Shown here piece after piece: positions 58,367 to 64,000 of a DNA stretch of 64,000 nt. This DNA comes from an uncultured Fibrobacter sp. (lineage in GTDB: Bacteria; Fibrobacterota; Fibrobacteria; Fibrobacterales; Fibrobacteraceae): contig CAMKMX010000005.1 of NCBI GenBank assembly GCA_946414025.1, positions 15,032 to 79,031 on the forward strand, in the 5' to 3' direction. Made by a program: the position numbers and the translations under genes. Below the pieces are notes generated by a model. It was not told the DNA's origin and ran no database searches. It was given only the letters and a program-made list of their open reading frames with translations. Within the stretch, counting starts at the first letter, position 1, and every line of letters begins with the position of its first letter.

Positions 58367-58637
58367 CGGAATAAACTCAGCCTGGTAGAGCGCTTGCTTC
58401 GGGAGCAAGAGGTCGTGAGTTCGACTACCGCGGAGCGGAACGAAGTGAAACGCGACGCGGGAGGCCTTGACCGTGCAAAGCACGGCAAGCCCGAAGGGCA
58501 AAACAGGAACAAAGTGACTGTTTTGGCACTGAATCGGCGATGAATGAAGTGAATACAGCCGATTCAGAGATTAAGCCGGAGGCTTAACCCGTAGGGCAAA
58601 AACCGTAACAAAGTTAGGTTTTTGTCTCATCTCGCTA
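58367..58637 (+). pseudogene. tRNA-Pro(CGG) copy interrupted in the T-loop by two tandem structured inserts
   Basis: 58367-58424 matches the 5' part of the tRNA (small lesion near positions 8-10); 204-nt insert; resumes with atctcgcta at 58629. Confidence 0.8.
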
Positions 58638-58697
58638 AAAAATTTGCATTTGACCTTTAATTTTTCGTCTTTTTTAACTATCTTTGAGCCACAAAAC

Positions 58698-58771
58698 CGG
58701 AATATAGCTCAGCCTGGTAGAGCGCTTGCTTCGGGAGCAAGAGGTCGTGAGTTCGAATCTCGCTATTCCGA
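58698..58771 (+). tRNA. tRNA-Pro(CGG)
   Basis: Acceptor cggaata/tattccg, D-arm, anticodon arm cttgc-ttCGGga-gcaag, T-loop gttcgaatc; CCA not encoded. Confidence 0.95.
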
Positions 58772-58774
58772 TAC

Positions 58775-58802
58775 GAAAGGCACCCCCTGTGGGTGCCTTT
58801 TT
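58775..58802 (+). terminator. Terminator hairpin after tRNA-Pro
   Basis: aaaggcaccc-cctgt-gggtgccttttt. Confidence 0.7.
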
Positions 58803-59647
58803 CGTATCGGAATATTGTGCGAGATGAGAACTCACGAAGTGAGTTCGACTGAATCGGCAATGAACGAAGTGAATATAGCCGATTCAGAGATTAAGCCGCA
58901 GGCTTAACCCGAAGGGCAAAGCCTGAATGTAATGAAGGCTTTGTCTTATCTCGCTATTCCGATAAGGAAGCGCGAGAGATTCAGGACGAGCGACGTAGTC
59001 GTGAGTTCGACTGAATCGGCAATGAACGAAGTGAATATAGCCGATTCAGAGATTAAGCCGCAGGCTTAACCCGAAGGGCAAAGCCTGAATGTAATGAAGG
59101 CTTTGTCTTATCTCGCTATTCCGATAAGGAAGCGCGAGAGATTCAGGACGAGCGACGTAGTCGTGAGTTCGACTGAATCGGCAATGAACGAAGTGAATAT
59201 AGCCGATTCAGAGATTAAGCCGCAGGCTTAACCCGAAGGGCAAAGCCTGAATGTAATGAAGGCTTTGTCTTATCTCGCTATTCCGGTAGAAAGGGCTTCG
59301 TCCATAACATTGCAATCCCTATGCTGGAGCCCTTTCGTATCGGAACGGGCGCGAGATGAGAACTCACGAAGTGAGTTCGACTACCGCGGAGCGGAACGAA
59401 GTGAAACGCGACGCGGGAGGCCTTGACCGTGCAAAGCACGGCAAGCCCGAAGGGCAAAACAGGAACAAAGTGACTGTTTTGGCAATCTCGCTATTCCAAC
59501 CAGCAAGCAGATCCCCGCCTGCGCGGGGATGACAACGACAGGCGATGAACGAAGTGAATATAGCCGATTCAGAGATTAAGCCGAAGGCTTAACCCGTAGG
59601 GCAAAATACGAATGTAATGAGTATTTTGTCTAATCTCGCTATTTCGA
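58803..59647 (+). repeat. Array of tRNA-Pro T-arm/3'-end copies, each split by a ~100-nt four-hairpin insert; includes three 162-bp tandem units
   Basis: gtgagttcga at 58839, 59001, 59163 and 59371; atctcgctatt at 58948, 59110, 59272, 59485 and 59633. Confidence 0.9.
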
Positions 59648-59854
59648 ACATCTCTGCTTTCGGGGGTCTTAGGGGGCGGAGCCTCCTAGGAGAGGGGGTA
59701 GCGAAAGCCGTGGCTGAAGCGAGGGGGAGACCTCCCCCTTATTTACCAAAAACACCTTCCAGGACCTTCAAAAACATTCCCGTTTTATGCATTTCTAGTA
59801 ACTAGTAACTATTAACTAGTCCATAGGGCACAACTACATTTCTATCTTTGTGCC

Positions 59855-60733
59855 ATGAATTTCAAGGACCGCATTATCCGCGCCACGGGCAAGAGAACGC
59901 CCTTCCGCCTGATTGTCGTCGATTTGACCGCGACGATGAACGAAATCGGCAAGAAGCACAACGCACAGGGTTTCGCCCTGAAACTTTTGGCCGAGAACTC
60001 CATCGCAAGCATTTTTTTGAGTGCCTCGCTGAAGTTTCCGGGAACCGTGTCGCTGACCACCCGTTTTGGCGGCGAAATCACGCTGGTGCAGTCGGACACG
60101 ACGCCCCAGGGCCTGGTGCGTGCCATGATCCCGCAGCCGGAACTTGCCGCCGTGGGCGGTAACGAGCCCGCCCTGATTCCCCAGAGCATCCGCGTGGTCA
60201 AGCTGAACGAGCAGGGCAAGCGGGTCCACGAGAGCATCATCGAGGCACCCGCCGTTTCGATGGGCCAGAACCTGGCCACCTACCTGTTGCAGTCGGAACA
60301 GATCCGCTCCGCCGTTGGCATCGAGGCCGCTTTTAACGTCCAGGACCCGAGCAAGCTGGACTACGCCGCCGGTTTCTACATCGAGGCGTTCCCGGACCTG
60401 GAAGACAAGGACATCAACCTGATAGAGGTCATCGTGCAGAACCTGCCCAAGTTCTGCGACATGAACACCCCCGAAGGTTTTGACCTGGACGAACTCCTGG
60501 ACCAGCTTCGCGGGCCCTACGAAATCGATATCGTGAAAGAAATCGACCCCAGGGCCTACTGCCCCTGCAGCCACGAACGCACGGTGGCAACGCTTGCAAC
60601 GCTCCCTCTCCAGGACCTGCTGGACCTGGAAGCCGAAGGCAAGGACCTGGAAGTCATCTGCGATTTTTGCCGCACCCCGTACCAAATTACGATTGCAGAC
60701 CTGAGAGAAATTATAAACGAGAGGAAAAAGTGA
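59855..60733 (+). CDS. hslO: Hsp33 redox-regulated chaperone
   Basis: YLLQSEQI.S, AAGFYIE..P and C-terminal CPCS...CDFC zinc motif. Confidence 0.9.
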   Translation: MNFKDRIIRATGKRTPFRLIVVDLTATMNEIGKKHNAQGFALKLLAENSIASIFLSASLKFPGTVSLTTRFGGEITLVQSDTTPQGLVRAMIPQPELAAVGGNEPALIPQSIRVVKLNEQGKRVHESIIEAPAVSMGQNLATYLLQSEQIRSAVGIEAAFNVQDPSKLDYAAGFYIEAFPDLEDKDINLIEVIVQNLPKFCDMNTPEGFDLDELLDQLRGPYEIDIVKEIDPRAYCPCSHERTVATLATLPLQDLLDLEAEGKDLEVICDFCRTPYQITIADLREIINERKK

Positions 60734-60875
60734 TGAGTTGTCAGTTATGAGTTTTCAGTGTATAGATTGGCGCCAAGGGCGCGAATAATAAAACTCAAGA
60801 CTCAGAGATGCGTAGCATCGACTCGATACTCATAACCCCTAACCCCTAGACCCTAAATCCTAACCCCTAAGCCCT
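60733..60875. repeat. Repeat family I copy followed by a (CCCTAAC-like)n heptamer tail
   Basis: ggcgccaagggcgcgaataat core; acccctaacccctagaccctaaatcctaacccctaagccct. Confidence 0.65.
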
Positions 60876-61493
60876 ATGTTCACCAAGCAATGTGTCGTTA
60901 CCCTGGACCTGGAAGGAGTCCTCGCCCCCGAAATCTGGATTGCCGTCGCCGAAAAGACGGGCGTCGCTGACCTGCGCCTGACCACCCGCGACATCCCTAA
61001 CTACGACGAGCTCATGAAGGGGCGCATCAAGATTCTCGACCGCGAAGGCATCAAGCTTTCGGACATCCAGAACGTCATTGCAAACCTGGGCCTGCTGGAC
61101 GGCGCCCGCGCCTTCATGGACCAGCTTCGGGACGAGACCCAGGTGATTATCCTGTCGGACACATTCCAGGAATTCGCCTACCCCATCATGAAGAACCTCG
61201 CCTTCCCCACCATCTTCTGCCATAACCTGGAAATACAAAACGACCGCATCGTGGGCTACCACCTGCGCCTTACCGACCAGAAGACCAAGGTGGTAAAGCA
61301 CCTGCAAGACCTGAACTTCAAGGTGTTCGCCTCGGGAGATTCCTTCAACGACACGGGCATGCTCCTGCAGGCCGACAAGGGCTGCTTCTTCTGCGCGCCG
61401 GACTCCATCGTGGCCCAGTTCCCGCAGCTGGAGGCCACCAAGACCTACGCCGAGCTGCTGGAAAAGTTCCACCAGTTCCAGGCGACGCTCTAA
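60876..61493 (+). CDS. thrH: Phosphoserine phosphatase/homoserine phosphotransferase ThrH
   Basis: LDLEGVLAPEIW, TTRDIPNYDELM, LSDTF, GDSFNDTGML. Confidence 0.92.
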   Translation: MFTKQCVVTLDLEGVLAPEIWIAVAEKTGVADLRLTTRDIPNYDELMKGRIKILDREGIKLSDIQNVIANLGLLDGARAFMDQLRDETQVIILSDTFQEFAYPIMKNLAFPTIFCHNLEIQNDRIVGYHLRLTDQKTKVVKHLQDLNFKVFASGDSFNDTGMLLQADKGCFFCAPDSIVAQFPQLEATKTYAELLEKFHQFQATL

Positions 61494-61498
61494 ACGGC

Positions 61499-62548
61499 AT
61501 GGAAACGACTCCCGTAAAGCCGAGGGAACTCTACGCCGAAGTCCTTAGAATCATCGCGGCGTTTTCCGTGGTGTTCCAGCATACCGTCACTTCCGCCTGG
61601 TACAACATTCCCGTGCGTACCGACGAGTGGATTACCCTGAACTTTTACAACAGCATCGCCCGCTTTGGCGTAGGCGTGTTCATCATGATCAGCGGGGCGT
61701 TCATGCTTTCGCCCCGATACGCCCACCCGCCGGAGAAAATCCTCGGCAAGAACCTCACCCGAATTTTGCTTTTGCTGGTGTTCTGGGTCGTCGTCTACGG
61801 AACGGTCAATACCTTCGTCGCCGGCGGATCATTCAAGGACATCTTCGCCACGCCATTTCTCCTTTTTACCAAGCCGCCCACCCACCTGTGGTTTCTCTAC
61901 ACCATCGCGGGGCTCTACATTCTGACGCCCCCCATGCGGGTCTTTACCGAACATGCAAGCCACCGGATGGTCCTCTACGTCATCGGCATCTTTTTCTGCT
62001 TCGGGCTGGTGCTCCCCATGGTGAATCACCTGCTGGAACGCCTCGCCGACTTTACGCTCTACAAGAACATCCGCATCCAGGGATGCACCACCTTCGCGGG
62101 CTTCTACCTCACCGGATTCTACATTTCCCACTACGGCCTGAAACCCCTGGCCCGAAAAATCCTGTACCTCTCGGCCGTTGCCTCCTGGGCCTTCGCCTTC
62201 GTCTCCTCCACCTACTTTTCCATTGACCGCTCCAAGCCCAACGAATATTTTCTGGGCAATTTCCAGCCAACCACCTTCCTGATTGCCGCCGCCATTTTCT
62301 GCTTTTTCTGTGAATGGTACCGGGGCGTGCTGACCACAAACCGCCGCCTCACCTTCGTTTCGGCCTGCATGCTGGGCGTGTACCTGATTCACCCGCTTTT
62401 CATCAAGCTTTTCTACGGACTCGAGCTGTCGCTCCTCACGCCACACCCCATCGTCGTGGTTCCTGTCGTGGCGGCGGCCGTTTTTGCCATTTCCCTGCTG
62501 GTGACAGCGCTTTTCAGGCCCATTTCCTTTTTTAAGAGGTTCTTTTAG
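61499..62548 (+). CDS. Acyltransferase family 3 (membrane O-acetyltransferase)
   Basis: LRIIAAFSVVFQH, FIMISG, HLWFLY, GVYLIH. Confidence 0.85.
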   Translation: METTPVKPRELYAEVLRIIAAFSVVFQHTVTSAWYNIPVRTDEWITLNFYNSIARFGVGVFIMISGAFMLSPRYAHPPEKILGKNLTRILLLLVFWVVVYGTVNTFVAGGSFKDIFATPFLLFTKPPTHLWFLYTIAGLYILTPPMRVFTEHASHRMVLYVIGIFFCFGLVLPMVNHLLERLADFTLYKNIRIQGCTTFAGFYLTGFYISHYGLKPLARKILYLSAVASWAFAFVSSTYFSIDRSKPNEYFLGNFQPTTFLIAAAIFCFFCEWYRGVLTTNRRLTFVSACMLGVYLIHPLFIKLFYGLELSLLTPHPIVVVPVVAAAVFAISLLVTALFRPISFFKRFF

Positions 62549-62555
62549 AGGGTGC

Positions 62556-62766
62556 GTACCTATAAAACCGTCCCCAAAGGGCTTTTTATATGCCCCTCAC
62601 CCCTTCAAGAACGCAAAAGAACCACACACAAACTAACAAAAGTACCTATAAAACACTCTAATTGATGAGATTTATATGTATTTTTGAGACCCAACGCTCC
62701 AAACCAACCACGAATAAATTAACAAAAGGCATATAAAAGCGCACCAAAAAGCACTTTTATAGGTAC
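62556..62766. repeat. Three 12-16-12 palindromes (GTACCTATAAAA-N16-TTTTATAGGTAC-like) at ~86-bp period
   Basis: Units start at 62556, 62642 and 62727; both linkers end in aaccac...taacaaaa. Confidence 0.7.
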
Positions 62767-62861
62767 ACCACTCCGAAAATAGACTTTTCAGCCGCCCATA
62801 TGTCGCCCTGAAGCCGCCGATTTATATATTGTTGCCGTAGGCAAGAAAAAAGGAGGCCTCC

Positions 62862-63173
62862 ATGCAGCTTTACAATACGGACTTTATCACCGGCAAAGAA
62901 TTCGAGACCCTCCAGCTGGTGCGCGGCAGCGTGGTCTTCAGCAAGAACGTGGTCCGCGACGTCTTCGCAGGCCTCAAGACCATCATAGGCGGCGAAATCG
63001 CAGGCTACACCGAGATGCTCAACGACGCCCGCAACATCGCCATCGAGCGCATGGAAAAGCAGGCCCGGGGCATCGGGGCTGACGCCATCATAAACGTTCG
63101 TTTCGCCACCGCCTCCGTCATGGCAGGCTCCGCCGAAATCATCGTCTACGGCACCGCCGTCAAGTTCAAGTAA
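62862..63173 (+). CDS. YbjQ/UPF0145 family protein
   Basis: RDVFAGLKTIIGGEI.GY, GADAIINVRF, YGTAV; strong AGGAGG. Confidence 0.9.
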   Translation: MQLYNTDFITGKEFETLQLVRGSVVFSKNVVRDVFAGLKTIIGGEIAGYTEMLNDARNIAIERMEKQARGIGADAIINVRFATASVMAGSAEIIVYGTAVKFK

Positions 63174-63190
63174 ATTCCGCACAGTCCAAA

Positions 63191-64000
63191 ATGCAGGAAA
63201 ACCTCGAAAAGCGCATCAAGCGGCAAGTCCACGGGAAACTCCACCGTTTCACCGCTGTCGTGCCCCTTGGTTTCGAGGCGACCCTGGTCCAAGAGCTGCG
63301 GCAAATCGGGGTCGCCGCCAAAGACGACTCCTTCGAAACCGCCGACGGTAAAGTCTCCTTCGAAGCCAAACTGACCGAGGCCTGGAAAGCCGTAGCCCAC
63401 AGCCGCATCGCCAACCGAGTGCTCATGGACATAACCTCCTTCAAGGCCGAAAACTTCCGCGAACTCGAAAAGAAAGCCGCCGAAATCCCCTGGGAGCTTT
63501 ATTTAGACGAGAGAACGCTCGCAAGCTCGCTACAGACGAAAGACGAAAGAAATAATCCTAGTATCTCAGAACTAGTAACTAGTAACTCGTTGCACATTCA
63601 CGTCACCTGCAAGCACTCCAGGCTCTACCACAGCGACGCCGTAGCGGAACGATTTTACAATGTCTTCAAGGGGGGAAGCCTCCCCCTCGTTCGCACTACG
63701 TCGCTCTCTACCCCCTCTGCGGGGACACCCCGCAACGCCCCACCGCAAGACAAGCCATCGTCGCAAAACATATTCGTCACTCTCATCGACGACCGATGCA
63801 CAGTCTCCCTGGACCTTGCCGGGGAAGAACTCTACAAGCGGGGCCACCAGCGTTTTGTCAACGACGCCCCCCTCAAAGAGACCATCGCCGCAGCCATGCT
63901 CTTCGAGGCAATCCTTTGCTCAAAGGGCGAAGCCCGACCTCATACCTCAAAGCCCGACATGTCGGGCGAACTCATTACTCTCATAGACCCCATGGCAGGC
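63191..64000 (+). CDS. THUMP-domain RNA methyltransferase (RlmL/YpsC-like); 3' end lies outside the window and it is not in the ORF track
   Basis: Frame open from ATG 63191 to the window end: GFEA.L..EL, SRIANRVL, IPWE, SRLYH, SLDLAGEELYKRG, APLKETIAAAM, DPMAG. Confidence 0.85.
   Translation, partial: MQENLEKRIKRQVHGKLHRFTAVVPLGFEATLVQELRQIGVAAKDDSFETADGKVSFEAKLTEAWKAVAHSRIANRVLMDITSFKAENFRELEKKAAEIPWELYLDERTLASSLQTKDERNNPSISELVTSNSLHIHVTCKHSRLYHSDAVAERFYNVFKGGSLPLVRTTSLSTPSAGTPRNAPPQDKPSSQNIFVTLIDDRCTVSLDLAGEELYKRGHQRFVNDAPLKETIAAAMLFEAILCSKGEARPHTSKPDMSGELITLIDPMAG

Noticed and set aside
58425-58628. Group I or group II intron in the tRNA T-loop
   Set aside because: The inserts are only ~100 nt and lack recognisable P7 or domain V cores and splice-site consensus (no terminal G, no GUGCG start).
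58803-59647. CRISPR array
   Set aside because: The constant part is tRNA sequence, the inserts are ~100 nt and repeat identically rather than being unique spacers, and no cas genes are present.
58367-59647. Prophage or integrative element att sites at tRNA-Pro
   Set aside because: No integrase or cargo lies between the tRNA fragments, and the flanks are housekeeping genes.
63660-63986. 108-aa ORF from the track
   Set aside because: Alternative frame; the frame starting at 63191 carries the methyltransferase motifs.

Overview
A 64-kb chromosomal window, most likely from a Fibrobacter species (inferred from two lipoproteins carrying the Fibrobacter succinogenes major paralogous, FISUMP, domain). 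It holds about 52 CDSs, mostly housekeeping and envelope genes (parE/parC, mutL, lpxB, dnaE, der-plsY-gpsA, ruvB, dapB, mutS, scpB, ccsA, fabF, orn, lgt, folC, endA, rpsD, gatA, mraY-like, hslO, thrH), plus a hicAB toxin-antitoxin pair whose hicA is missing from the ORF track, and one tRNA-Pro(CGG). No transposase, integrase, phage or Cas gene was seen. The unusual signal is non-coding. (1) A 1.3-kb array surrounds the tRNA-Pro gene, in which copies of the tRNA T-arm/3' end are repeatedly split at the same T-loop position (GTTCGA^ATCTC) by ~100-nt four-hairpin inserts with compensatory changes and C-GNA-G triloops. (2) Several families of palindromic and heptamer intergenic repeats share that DNA-hairpin grammar, and some sit in frame inside proteins (three in one RNA methyltransferase). 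(3) Large inverted repeats and a duplicated hicB/folC junction surround the hicAB-FISUMP segment. (4) Many genes have a TAnnTT box 5-8 nt before the start codon, suggesting leaderless transcription. (5) There is a candidate anti-SD sRNA, a candidate rpsD leader pseudoknot and an 86-bp-period palindrome array. All calls were made by eye from motifs; no searches were run.
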